This document shows, in pieces, positions 1-8,475 of a DNA stretch of 64,000 bases. The translations under genes were made by a program, and so were the position numbers. Below the pieces are notes generated by a model. It saw nothing but the letters and a program-made list of their open reading frames with translations. It did not search any database and was not told where the DNA came from. This DNA comes from an uncultured Verrucomicrobiae bacterium. GTDB taxonomy: Bacteria > Verrucomicrobiota > Verrucomicrobiia > Chthoniobacterales > JAFAMB01. The first letter of the stretch is position 1; every line of letters begins with the position of its first letter. Where the stretch lies: contig CAVXLD010000001.1 in NCBI GenBank assembly GCA_963762565.1, forward strand, positions 1,339,331 to 1,403,330, read 5' to 3'.

Positions 1-225
1 CCCGGGAGCATTATCCTTGATCCCCTCTCCAATCACCACCTCTCCACAAATGTTCATGAGGTCGAACATACCGCGGATCGCATCGCAGGCCGCAGCGTCG
101 GCCTTCTCCTTTTCACCCCGTCCGATCCACGGCAGAGTGTTCAAAGCGGCCGCCTCGGTTGCCCTCAGGAAGTCGATCTCGATGATGCGTTCGTAATCTT
201 CGTACGGTTGCTGGTGGGAGCGCAT
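1..225 (-). CDS. glpX: Class II fructose-1,6-bisphosphatase, N-terminal part (runs off window start)
   Basis: Manual translation from ATG at 225: MRSHQQPYEDYERIIEIDFLRATEAAALNTLPWIGRGEKEKADAAACDAIRGMFDLMNICGEVVIGEGIKDNAPG. It matches the GlpX N-terminal pattern TEAAA..WIGRG.K..AD.AA and VIGEG..D.AP. Not in the ORF track. Confidence 0.9.
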   Translation of the reverse strand, partial: MRSHQQPYEDYERIIEIDFLRATEAAALNTLPWIGRGEKEKADAAACDAIRGMFDLMNICGEVVIGEGIKDNAPG

Positions 226-233
226 GAGACAGA

Positions 234-398
234 ATGACAGATGACAAATGACAGATGACAAATCGAATAGCCAATTGCAAATCGCCACGCGTCGCGAATA
301 GGCGATAGCCACGCTGTCGCGAATAGTCGATAGCCAATCAGGAGATTGCCTTGGCTATTGGCTATTCAATTTGTCATTTGTCATCTGTCATTTGTCAT
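234..398. repeat. Inverted heptamer arrays (ATGACAR)x4 ... (YTGTCAT)x4 enclosing a nested AATAGCC-type inverted element
   Basis: Left arm 234-263 and right arm 369-398. Inner region 265-367 has AATAGCC/GATAGCC units, a ~24-25 bp direct duplication and TTGGCTATTGGCTATT. Confidence 0.95.
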
Positions 399-426
399 TT
401 TTCCGAAACTGTGGTTTTCAGACAGA

Positions 427-1179
427 GTGAATCCCACAGTGAACCCTACCCGCGTTATCTTTTGGAACGAATACATTCACGAAAAAAAGGACCCAGCGGT
501 TGCAGCTGTCTATCCGCAAGGAATCCATGCTCAGTTAGCGACCGCTTTTGCTCATGACTCCGCGTTGATCTGCGAAACGGCGACGCTGGAGGAAAAAGAG
601 CATGGCCTATCGGTCGACCGATTGGACGCTACCGATGTCCTGGTTTGGTGGGGGCATCTAGCGCACAAGCAAGTTGAGGATGAGATCGTGGAACGGGTCC
701 GAAAGCGGGTTCTGGAAGGAATGGGACTAGTGGTGCTGCACTCAGGGCACTATTCGAAGGTCTTTCAAAGATTGCTCGGGACCACCTGTTCGTTGGGTTG
801 GCGTGAAGCCGGTGAAAAAGAGCGGGTCTGGGTCTGCCAGCCAGGGCACCCCATTGCCCGCGATCTACCGGCTTACTTTGAGATCCCACACGAGGAAATG
901 TATTCGGAGCCTTTTGGTATCCCTAATCCGGACGAATTAGTTTTTATTTCCTGGTTCCAAGGTGGAGAAGTCTTTCGATCGGGCTGCTGTTGGCGGCGTG
1001 GCGCTGGAAAGATCTTTTATTTCCGGCCAGGTCACGAAACCTTTCCCACATACCGGCAACCAGAGGTTCTGCAAGTGATCCGAAACGGCATCGGATGGGC
1101 GACTCCGGATAGACCACGCTGGATTGATGCATGCCCGAATATAAAGGTCTCGCCAGAGGGAATTAGGCAGGAACGCTAA
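427..1179 (+). CDS. thuA: Trehalose utilization protein ThuA (class I glutamine amidotransferase-like)
   Basis: [32 protein letters not shown] and [13 protein letters not shown] motifs. Start moved to GTG 427 because the track start (346) lies in the repeat. Confidence 0.88.
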   Translation: MNPTVNPTRVIFWNEYIHEKKDPAVAAVYPQGIHAQLATAFAHDSALICETATLEEKEHGLSVDRLDATDVLVWWGHLAHKQVEDEIVERVRKRVLEGMGLVVLHSGHYSKVFQRLLGTTCSLGWREAGEKERVWVCQPGHPIARDLPAYFEIPHEEMYSEPFGIPNPDELVFISWFQGGEVFRSGCCWRRGAGKIFYFRPGHETFPTYRQPEVLQVIRNGIGWATPDRPRWIDACPNIKVSPEGIRQER

Positions 1180-1188
1180 CGTTCCTAA

Positions 1189-1258
1189 ATGACAAAGTGA
1201 CAAATGACAGATCGCCGCGAGACTACGGCGCTTGGCGGGAAAATTTGTCATCTGTCAT
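1189..1258. repeat. Inverted heptamer arrays (ATGACAR) ... (YTGTCAT) between convergent genes
   Basis: ATGACAAAGTGACAAATGACAGAT ... ATTTGTCATCTGTCAT. Confidence 0.9.
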
Positions 1259-1260
1259 TC

Positions 1261-1479
1261 TCAACGTCTGAACAGCCAGCTCAATAACGTGAGGACGATG
1301 CTGATTAAAATGCACGTCACCAGCGGGAAATAGAAAGAGAAGTTCCCTTTTTGAACCGAGATATCGCCCGGCAGACGCCCCATCCAGCCAAACCAGCCAG
1401 GGAACTTCCACAAAAGCGCGCCTCCGATCGCAAGAACTATCCCGACGATCATCGCGATTCTGCCGATTTCCTGCATCAT
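1261..1479 (-). CDS. DUF2905-family small membrane protein
   Basis: GRLPGDI...NFSFYFPLVTCILISIVLT signature with two hydrophobic segments. Confidence 0.85.
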   Translation of the reverse strand: MMQEIGRIAMIVGIVLAIGGALLWKFPGWFGWMGRLPGDISVQKGNFSFYFPLVTCILISIVLTLLSWLFRR

Positions 1480-1519
1480 AGGAAATAAAGGGGAAGGAGT
1501 TCAGGAGTTCAAGGAGTTG

Positions 1520-1725
1520 GTAGGGCGAGGCTCCCGAACGGCCCAAGCCTGTTCGCGGGGATACTGATGCCTCATTTCTAAAGGTGCAGTTACGACTGTT
1601 GACCTGCCGAGCCGTGCGCTGCGCGACCCACGGCTCGGCGGGCTGCTTGACGTCGCACCGCGAAATCCGGGACGGAACATCGGGCTCCGCGAACTGTTGA
1701 AGGTCTTTCGGGAGCCTCGCCCTAC
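1520..1725. mobile_element. REPIN/MITE-like element, family A (~206 bp), flanked by inverted GGAGTTC(A/G)A arrays (1496-1519, 1726-1747)
   Basis: Terminal inverted repeats GTAGGGCGAGGCTCCCGAA ... TTCGGGAGCCTCGCCCTAC and internal hairpin CCGAGCCGTG..CACGGCTCGG. Related copies at 44934, 49481 and 51539. Confidence 0.8.
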
Positions 1726-1770
1726 CATCTCCTTGAACTCCTCGAACGTCTCGTTACGTTCGTCCCGCCT

Positions 1771-2718
1771 ATGTGGCTCGCGTTTTACGTTCATCACCTC
1801 GACCCTTTTCTGGTTCGGTTCTATGGAGATATTGGTATCCGTTGGTACGGTACCGCCTATCTGGCGGGATTTGTCGCCGCTTTTTTCCTCCTGAAATGGC
1901 TTGCTCGAAAAGGGTACGGCCCCCTCGCCGAATCCCAGGTAGCCGACTTCATCTTTTTTGCGGCTGTCTTCGGCGTTCTAGTTGGCGGACGTCTTGGCTA
2001 CGTTCTCTTTTATCGGCCTCAGATGATCTTTCATCCTTTGGAGATATTTCAAGTTTGGGACGGAGGAATGGCCAGTCACGGCGGAATTCTGGGACTAGTG
2101 ATCTTTTCGTTTATTTACGCTCGTCGACATCACATTTCCTGGACAGGAATCGGTGACAACCTGGTGGCGGCGGCGCCACTCGGATTAATGTTCGGCCGGC
2201 TAGCCAATTTCATTAACGGTGAGCTTTACGGGCGACCCACAACCGTACCCTGGGCCATGCAATTTCCTTCCGAGCTACTCGATCCCAGCTTCCCAGCCGA
2301 TAAGGTCAATGCTGTCATCGGAAAATGCGAGGCCGTGGACCCGGCCATTGTGCAGGCAGCAGACCCCATCAGGGCAATCATCGCTGCGGCTCGTACGAAT
2401 CCGCAGGTCCGGGACGTACTTGCCCAGTTTCTGACTCCAAGACATCCGAGCCAACTTTACGAGGCGTTCCTTGAAGGCTTGCTGCTTTTTATTTGTCTAA
2501 TCACCGTTCGCCTCCGGTTTCGACAACCCAATGGCATAACCACCGGCTGTTTCTTTCTTCTGTACCCGACGATGCGAATCATCGGGGAGCAATTCCGAGA
2601 ACCCGACGCGCCGTTAACCGGCCCATTCACCCGGGGACAATTTTTGTCTCTATTTATGTTCGTGGTCGGAATTGCGTTTCTGGTTTACGCACTGCGGTCC
2701 CGGAAAGGTGCAGCGTGA
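1771..2718 (+). CDS. lgt: Prolipoprotein diacylglyceryl transferase
   Basis: IRWYG, GGRLGYVLFY, WDGGMASHGG, GRLANFINGELYGR and RHPSQLYE motifs. Confidence 0.97.
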   Translation: MWLAFYVHHLDPFLVRFYGDIGIRWYGTAYLAGFVAAFFLLKWLARKGYGPLAESQVADFIFFAAVFGVLVGGRLGYVLFYRPQMIFHPLEIFQVWDGGMASHGGILGLVIFSFIYARRHHISWTGIGDNLVAAAPLGLMFGRLANFINGELYGRPTTVPWAMQFPSELLDPSFPADKVNAVIGKCEAVDPAIVQAADPIRAIIAAARTNPQVRDVLAQFLTPRHPSQLYEAFLEGLLLFICLITVRLRFRQPNGITTGCFFLLYPTMRIIGEQFREPDAPLTGPFTRGQFLSLFMFVVGIAFLVYALRSRKGAA

Positions 2719-2736
2719 TTCCGGGCGAGAGCTTAT

Positions 2737-3080
2737 CGTACTCGTCTCTCGTCCTTGAAAAGACTACAGCAGCCTGCCAGGTTGATCGTCCGAGCAGCGT
2801 CTGCAGAGCCCCAATCTGGAGGGGAGCCGCTTTGTAAGATTGCAGCTCTATGGGTTTGCAGCAGGCGGCTCCCGGGGATCACCCAGCGTAGCATTTGTGC
2901 CCAACGCTATCCGCGAATCGATACAGACACGCCCAAATCCCTGCAAAACCTGGAGCCGTTCCCGGGAGCCGCTTGCTGCGACGTGATAGAACTAGCGACC
3001 TATAAAGCGGCTCCCCTCCAGTCGCGCTCGGCTTCTCGTTGACCGCACAACCCTCTCTCGAGAACGAGGACGAGAACGAC
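2737..3080. repeat. Inverted hexamer-type arrays (TCGTAC/TCGTCC ... GGACGA/GAACGA) enclosing a REP-like doublet
   Basis: TCGTACTCGTCTCTCGTCCTTGA at ~2737-2758 and TCGAGAACGAGGACGAGAACGA at ~3058-3079. Confidence 0.7.
2817..3020. mobile_element. GGAG-type REPIN/MITE-like element (~204 bp)
   Basis: Terminal inverted repeats TGGAGGGGAGCCGCTTT ... AAAGCGGCTCCCCTCCA and inner inverted repeat GCAGCAGGCGGCTCCCGGG / CCCGGGAGCCGCTTGCTGC. Confidence 0.75.
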
Positions 3081-3124
3081 CTGCCACCACACGCTGGATC
3101 ACCTCCTAGATTCTCGCTCCTGAC

Positions 3125-3148
3125 ACTGCTTACTGCTTACTGATTACT
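3125..3148. repeat. Heptamer array (ACTGCTT)x3; contains the stop codon of ORF 3137-3319
   Basis: ACTGCTT ACTGCTT ACTGATT ACT; minus-strand TAA at 3130, 3137 and 3144. Confidence 0.8.
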
Positions 3149-3319
3149 CGGCCCGACAGCTCCAGCGCGCGCCATCTCAGGAACCACCTGCTCCAGCTCG
3201 CGCCGATGAAAAGCATCGCTAACGACCGCGCAGGTCATCAGGATGAAGCAAATTAAGAAAACGGCGCAGACAACATAGCCGAACCGGTAGCTATAGTCCG
3301 AGGTGTTTTCGGGTGACAT
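3137..3319 (-). CDS. Small hypothetical membrane protein
   Basis: 60-aa ORF with one hydrophobic helix, starting 6 bp after the helicase stop on the same strand. Confidence 0.55.
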   Translation of the reverse strand: MSPENTSDYSYRFGYVVCAVFLICFILMTCAVVSDAFHRRELEQVVPEMARAGAVGPSNQ

Positions 3320-3325
3320 TAGGTC

Positions 3326-5836
3326 TTAGGCTGATCTTGCTAGGCGTGAGATAAATCGCCCGGTGTACCGTTGACTCTGAGCGGGAGCCAATTGAGGCAA
3401 CGGATCACGGGCTGGGCTCCTGGTGGAATGCACATACCTTGAAGCCATCTCCCGCAACTGCAACCAGCGGTCCCAATCGTAAGCGGGCGCTTGTGTGATC
3501 TGCCGCAGCAAACTTCGCCATTCAGTAAGCGCTCGTTCGATATCCCCGTAGCGCACGCTCTCGCTGACCAGCCGATGGCGAGGTACCTGATGTGCCACGA
3601 CTTCCCGCACCACTTCTGAACCTCCTGGCCCATACGCAATGGGCAGCCCCATCTCGAGGTAACCTGAGTACTCACCCCGCTGATAGACCGTTTGGCAAAC
3701 CGCACCTAATCGTCCATGGGAATAGGTTTCATCCAAAGAAAACCGATGCCCGACACGAAGATTGGCTAAATCAAAAACCAAGTCCTCGATTGGATAATCC
3801 GACTCTTCAAGAGCAGCAGCGATCGCCAGGCCCTCTCCCTGATTGAAAAAACTGAAGATAATCCCGCGACGGGTGGGAACCCCTCTCTGATCCACCAGAC
3901 CAAGTTGTCGCCAAGCTAACGCGGGTGAAACCGAAAGCTCCAGAGCCTCACAATCCGCTTTTAGCGCACAAGGCTGGCAAACCGCTGGATAAGTTCGGCG
4001 GGTCTCGGGGTTTTCCAAGATACGGCCGCGGCCGTCTCGATAACCGGTGACCGGTAAGCCGGCAAACCGGAACCGGCCAAAAATCATCCCGTCTCGGACG
4101 CACTGTTCATGGAGCCGCCCACTCATCTCGGCTTCCACAATCGGTAGCACTTGCTTTAAGAATTCTTCTGGTTTCCAACCATTGACGGCAGCCAGCAAAG
4201 GAAACCGTTCACGAAGAAGCTTCCGCAGCCATTTGGCCGCCAACCAACTTCCTCTTTTTTCGGCTGCAAGCGGGATTTCTCTGCCGTATTCAAACGGCTG
4301 CCGGACCTGAGTCTGCCCCGTGGGCCCGTCCTGAGCTTGTCGAACGGGTTCACCAAACCTGATCTTACAAAGGGCGCCGAATCCGTGCTTTTGAGCAATA
4401 GCAGCCACCGTCAAAGCGGGCCGCCAATGTCCGGTCGGCAATCGAACCAACAGCTCGCCCAAGCCAGCCTCGCCAGGGGCGGGCAGCGGCTCCCAAAGTC
4501 CCTCCGGCGTAAGCATTTCCCGATCGTGTCTTCGGACCAGCCGCGCTCGTTCGCCATCGACCGGCAGGCCACAGAGCGGATCGCTTGCCGAATTTTCCTT
4601 AACGGCATAAAAGCTCTCGACGCCAACAGTCAGGGGTCTGGATGAAAAAAGCCCAGCGATTAGCTGCCTGGCTTTCAAAAAAGGGTCCTCGTCGCGTAAG
4701 GCCGCCTGGCGCATCACCCCGATCATAGTCGGCCAGTCCACCGGCTCTGCTCTCCTTAATTTGAGGGGGTGAGCGTCGTGCAGCCGGGGGATATCCGGCG
4801 TGACTAAAACGTAGCCGAACTCGTCCAGTCCGCGGCGGCCAGCCCGGCCAAACATTTGTAATAGTTCATCGGGACGCACTTGCCGTTGAAAATTGCCGGC
4901 CTGGTATTGAGTCCCGGTGACGAGGACTGAACGCATCGAAAAGTTAATGCCCGCCGCCAGCCCCATAGTTGCCACGACCACTCGTAGTTGTCCCCGTTTC
5001 GCCAATGGTTCAACGATGCCCGCCCGTACCGCATAGCTAAGTCCGCTGTGGTGGAATGCGACCCTGTTCCGCAACAATTTCCCTAACCGGTCGCCGGTCA
5101 ACGCCTGCTGTTCCTGGGTTAGGGATAAGGGCTCGTCGAGCGGTAGCGTCGACGAGAGTGCCGTAGCCAGGTCTTCGGCCATTTGCCGCCGTGGCGCGAA
5201 GATCAGCAGTGGCCCGAGATCGGCGAGCAGCGCTCTGCTAATCAGTTTCGGCCAATAGCCACGAACCATTCCTGGCGCCGCAACCGGGAGATCGCTCAGC
5301 ATCACCTCATCCAGCTGGACCGGCCGTTGTTGATGAGAGATCAATTCGGCCGGTCGCCCGATGCGGCGCAGCCATTCCACCACGTCAGCCGGGTTCCCGA
5401 CACTGCCGCTCAAGAGAAGTAGCTGGGTCTCCGGCGGCGCCAGCGAGAGGATAATTTCATAACCGGTTCCGCGAATTGGATCAGCGATGAGTTGATATTC
5501 ATCGACCACCAGCAGCCTCGGACCGTCCCGATGGAGAAAACGTCCCTTTTGAGTCTCCAAGGTTGCTACCACAACCCGCGCATCGAGGTTCTCAGCCAAA
5601 TCACCCGTCGAAATACCCACATCCCACCCTCGAGCCCGCCACTCAGCCAGCTTGTCATTAGCCAATGCTCGAGTCGGGACGGTAAAAACCGCCTGGCCTT
5701 TGAGGGATTCGTACAATAGCTCGAATATGTACGTTTTCCCCGCGCCCGTGGGGGCATGAACCACTACGTCTTTTCCCTCGCGCAACAGCTTGACCGCGTC
5801 CTGTTGCCACTTATCAGGGATGATCAAATTGACCAT
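3326..5836 (-). CDS. Ski2/HelY-like superfamily 2 DEAD/DEAH-box helicase
   Basis: APTGAGKT, VPTRALAN, VVDEYQ, LLSGS, FHHSGL, GINF and QMFGRAGRRG motifs. Confidence 0.9.
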   Translation of the reverse strand: MVNLIIPDKWQQDAVKLLREGKDVVVHAPTGAGKTYIFELLYESLKGQAVFTVPTRALANDKLAEWRARGWDVGISTGDLAENLDARVVVATLETQKGRFLHRDGPRLLVVDEYQLIADPIRGTGYEIILSLAPPETQLLLLSGSVGNPADVVEWLRRIGRPAELISHQQRPVQLDEVMLSDLPVAAPGMVRGYWPKLISRALLADLGPLLIFAPRRQMAEDLATALSSTLPLDEPLSLTQEQQALTGDRLGKLLRNRVAFHHSGLSYAVRAGIVEPLAKRGQLRVVVATMGLAAGINFSMRSVLVTGTQYQAGNFQRQVRPDELLQMFGRAGRRGLDEFGYVLVTPDIPRLHDAHPLKLRRAEPVDWPTMIGVMRQAALRDEDPFLKARQLIAGLFSSRPLTVGVESFYAVKENSASDPLCGLPVDGERARLVRRHDREMLTPEGLWEPLPAPGEAGLGELLVRLPTGHWRPALTVAAIAQKHGFGALCKIRFGEPVRQAQDGPTGQTQVRQPFEYGREIPLAAEKRGSWLAAKWLRKLLRERFPLLAAVNGWKPEEFLKQVLPIVEAEMSGRLHEQCVRDGMIFGRFRFAGLPVTGYRDGRGRILENPETRRTYPAVCQPCALKADCEALELSVSPALAWRQLGLVDQRGVPTRRGIIFSFFNQGEGLAIAAALEESDYPIEDLVFDLANLRVGHRFSLDETYSHGRLGAVCQTVYQRGEYSGYLEMGLPIAYGPGGSEVVREVVAHQVPRHRLVSESVRYGDIERALTEWRSLLRQITQAPAYDWDRWLQLREMASRYVHSTRSPARDPLPQLAPAQSQRYTGRFISRLARSA

Positions 5837-5860
5837 CGGGTTTCTACTTACAGTAGAACC

Positions 5861-5890
5861 ATACCCAATAGCAAATAGCCAATAGCCGAT
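5861..5890 (+). repeat. Heptamer array (ATAGCCA-type)x4, left arm of the four-helix-bundle cassette
   Basis: ATACCCA ATAGCAA ATAGCCA ATAGCCG AT. Confidence 0.9.
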
Positions 5891-5908
5891 GGGGTCTCGG
5901 TCCCAGCG

Positions 5909-6361
5909 TTACTCCGGGCGGGTCGGCTTTCGGAATTCACTGAGCGATTCCTTAATTCCCGCCTGTGAGCGGTAGCGTTTGCCTTTGACCGAAGAATCCT
6001 CGATTGAAGTGATCCAGGCCGTAATCTGGCGCGCACAGGATTTGGCCAATTCGAGAATTAGGACAAATTGCCCGCTCAATTCCGCCAGGCGCCGGCGATT
6101 TTTAACTACTGCTATCATCGAACGGACTTCACCCGCCGAGCCTCGAGCAATTCCCAGGTATCCCACCAACTCTTTGGTTGAGGCGCGTTCAAAGCCTTCC
6201 GCGATATTATTGGAAACAGAAAGCCCCGCTCGATCCAGCTGGTTTCGAAATCCCGAGGTCAATGGGCAGTTGAGGTCCTCCAGCAGATCCAGTACGGCGT
6301 TGTACAATCGAGCGGCTTCTTGCCAGACGGGCAGATCTTCGAAACGCTCATACTTAGCCAT
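5909..6361 (-). CDS. Four helix bundle protein (TIGR02436 / 23S rRNA IVP family)
   Basis: FEDLPVWQEA, QLDRAGLSVSNNIAEGFER and YLGIARGSAGEVRS signature; start at MAKYERF (ATG 6361). Confidence 0.92.
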   Translation of the reverse strand: MAKYERFEDLPVWQEAARLYNAVLDLLEDLNCPLTSGFRNQLDRAGLSVSNNIAEGFERASTKELVGYLGIARGSAGEVRSMIAVVKNRRRLAELSGQFVLILELAKSCARQITAWITSIEDSSVKGKRYRSQAGIKESLSEFRKPTRPE

Positions 6362-6371
6362 ACAACGCAAA

Positions 6372-6399
6372 ATAATAGTGTTTGTTTATGTAAACGCAA
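6372..6399 (-). promoter_or_regulatory. Putative sigma70 promoter of the four-helix-bundle gene (TTGCGT-16 bp-TATTAT)
   Basis: AT-rich patch inside the cassette; -10 box lies 10 nt upstream of the ATG. Confidence 0.5.
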
Positions 6400-6417
6400 C
6401 GCTCTATTTTGCCCCCT

Positions 6418-6445
6418 TTGCTATCGGCTATTGGCTATTGTCTAT
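6418..6445 (-). repeat. Heptamer array (TGGCTAT-type)x4, right arm of the four-helix-bundle cassette; contains the bioB stop
   Basis: TTGCTAT CGGCTAT TGGCTAT TGTCTAT, the reverse complement type of 5861-5890. Confidence 0.9.
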
Positions 6446-7367
6446 TCTGCAGGCCTAACGCCTGCAGCAGCTCCCGATCCTCATCCACCCCCGGATTCGC
6501 AGCGGTCAAGAGCTTGCTTCCGTAGAAAATCGAATTGGCACCAGCAAAAAAGCAGAGCGCTTGTGCTTCCTTGGATAGCCGAGTCCTCCCGGCGGACATG
6601 CGGACCCGCGCTTTTGGCAGAACGATCCTGGTGGTGGCTATCAATCGGACCAGCTCGAATACATCAACCGGCGGTTGCGCTTCCAATGGAGTCCCCGGCA
6701 TCGGGATCAGGCAATTGATCGGCACACTTTCCGGTGTCGGATCAAAGCTAGTCAGTACTTCTAACATTTTCAGACGGTCGGTTTCTGATTCTCCCATCCC
6801 AATGATACCGCCGCAGCAGACAGAGATACCGGCCAACTGAACCGCTTTGATCGTATCCAGCCGATCTTGAAAGGTATGGGTGGAAACTATCTCCCGGTAG
6901 AATTCTTCCGACGTGTCGAGGTTATGATTGTAGGCAGTAACTCCCGCTTCTTTCAGCTTCTTCGCCTCAGACGACCCGAGATGGCCTAACGTGACGCAGA
7001 CCTCCATGCCGAGACGGCTGACGTTTCGGACGATATCTAAGACTTGCTCGAATTTCGCCTCGCCTTCTCGGACGCCCTTCCAGGCAGCACCCATACAGAA
7101 TCGAGTGGAGCCATTTTCCCTGGCTCGTTCCGCTAACTTCAGAACCTCTTCGGTCTTCATTAGGCGGCCGGCTTCCACCCCGGTGGAGTAGCGGGCGCTC
7201 TGTGCACAGTAGGCGCAGTCTTCACTGCATCCGCCGGTCTTAATGCTCAGCAAGGTGCAAAGTTGGACCTCGTCCCGCGACCAATGTTCGAGATACACCG
7301 AGCGCGCCTGTGAGATCAGGTCGAAGAAAGGTTGAGAATAGATTTCTTGTAGTTCAGGGAGTGTCAT
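6435..7367 (-). CDS. bioB: Biotin synthase
   Basis: Radical SAM motif CSEDCAYC, plus YNHNLDTS, CCGGIIGMGE and FFAGANSIFYG. Confidence 0.97.
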   Translation of the reverse strand: MTLPELQEIYSQPFFDLISQARSVYLEHWSRDEVQLCTLLSIKTGGCSEDCAYCAQSARYSTGVEAGRLMKTEEVLKLAERARENGSTRFCMGAAWKGVREGEAKFEQVLDIVRNVSRLGMEVCVTLGHLGSSEAKKLKEAGVTAYNHNLDTSEEFYREIVSTHTFQDRLDTIKAVQLAGISVCCGGIIGMGESETDRLKMLEVLTSFDPTPESVPINCLIPMPGTPLEAQPPVDVFELVRLIATTRIVLPKARVRMSAGRTRLSKEAQALCFFAGANSIFYGSKLLTAANPGVDEDRELLQALGLQNRQ

Positions 7368-7442
7368 GCCGGCGTTGGAAAATCGGGGCGGGGTGTTGGA
7401 GCGATGGAGTTATGGAGTACGGCGCGAAGGAACTGCAAACCA

Positions 7443-8147
7443 TTAATCTCCGGCCGACCATTTGCCGTTACTTGAGACCAGGACAGGAAGTTCGTTCGTC
7501 ATGTATTGGGTTTTGCAGGTTGCCCCAATCATTTTCGCTCCGGTAGCCGCTCTCCATAGACCCGACATGCTTAGTGCCGTGTAACATCCCCAGGACTGAA
7601 CTTGAGCGTTCTTGGCGAATATCCCGCGATGAAGCTTCTCTTTGAGCTCGCTTTCGTGCAACCAGCACTTAGATGCGCTGCCAATCTGGCTGCTGTAGTC
7701 GAACATAAAGCAAGCGCGGTTCGAATGGCCGAAATAATCGAATGAAGCAATCTTGTATAAGGAGCGATCTTCGCCGCGGTTGAGATAATCACAGACATCG
7801 TCCGCGGTCTTAAAATAGATCAGCTTGAGATTATACGTGGTGCGTACAGAATCGATGATACCAAACAAGTTCTCTTTCTCCTGAGCCTGCCGCCGCTTGT
7901 ACCCTGGGCCGTACACCATCCAAGTAATGTAGGCTGAGGGACCGTACTGTTCGCGGAGTTGAGCGATCCGGATCCGGCTGGCTCGGACAAAGTTCATCCA
8001 CCAATTGTCGTGAGGTTCGATCTTATACTTTTCCCATTCCATGAGTGACGGTGCGCCGGTCACGACGATGTGTTCGTCGTAGTTCTGAGCAAGCGCCGCG
8101 GCGGCCGAAAAGCAAAGGACACACAAGATTAAGCTAAGCCGAGCCAT
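7443..8147 (-). CDS. Secreted hypothetical protein, possible clan CD cysteine-peptidase-like fold
   Basis: Signal peptide MARLSLILCVLCFSAAAALA; FDYFGHS and QSWGC motifs. Confidence 0.65.
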   Translation of the reverse strand: MARLSLILCVLCFSAAAALAQNYDEHIVVTGAPSLMEWEKYKIEPHDNWWMNFVRASRIRIAQLREQYGPSAYITWMVYGPGYKRRQAQEKENLFGIIDSVRTTYNLKLIYFKTADDVCDYLNRGEDRSLYKIASFDYFGHSNRACFMFDYSSQIGSASKCWLHESELKEKLHRGIFAKNAQVQSWGCYTALSMSGLWRAATGAKMIGATCKTQYMTNELPVLVSSNGKWSAGD

Positions 8148-8254
8148 AACGGCGTTAAGCTTGGCGCGGACGCTCTGTTCCGTCAACCCGCTGGAAGTCA
8201 TCTGGAGCTAGAATCTAGGAGCTAGAAGAGCGTGTCGTGGCTCTAAGGTAATCA

Positions 8255-8422
8255 TTCTCGTCCTCGTCGTCGTTCTCGTCCTCGGAAAGTGGTGGGTTTG
8301 CTCGCCGAGTTGCATCGGTTGCAGAGCCAATCTCTGGCAAAAATCGAAAGTCCTAGGTCTTACACAATCTTGGGCGAAATTTCGCTTTTCGAGGACGAGG
8401 ACGACGACGAGGACGAGAACGA
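8255..8422. repeat. Inverted hexamer arrays (TCGTCC/TCGTCG/TCGTTC)n ... (GGACGA/CGACGA/GAACGA)n
   Basis: Left 8255-8284 and right 8390-8422; an outer degenerate GCTAGRA heptamer arm lies at 8204-8228. Confidence 0.9.
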
Positions 8423-8475
8423 CTGTCGCTGAGCTGCAGCGCTCCCTCCTAGTTCCGGACGGCAAGCGCAAACCG

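Noticed and set aside
346..426. N-terminal extensions in the ORF track (thuA 346, hydrolase 12927, kinase 47377, aldolase 49506)
   Set aside because: They translate repeat arrays (ICHLS, LKLET, REPRPT) and are artefacts of longest-ORF calling.
1223..1894. Short ORFs with GASPYQ, VGRGSR or RTRTTT motifs (also near 8208, 41255, 44757, 49433, 51448, 54762)
   Set aside because: They are translations of the repeat elements, with no sign of being real genes.
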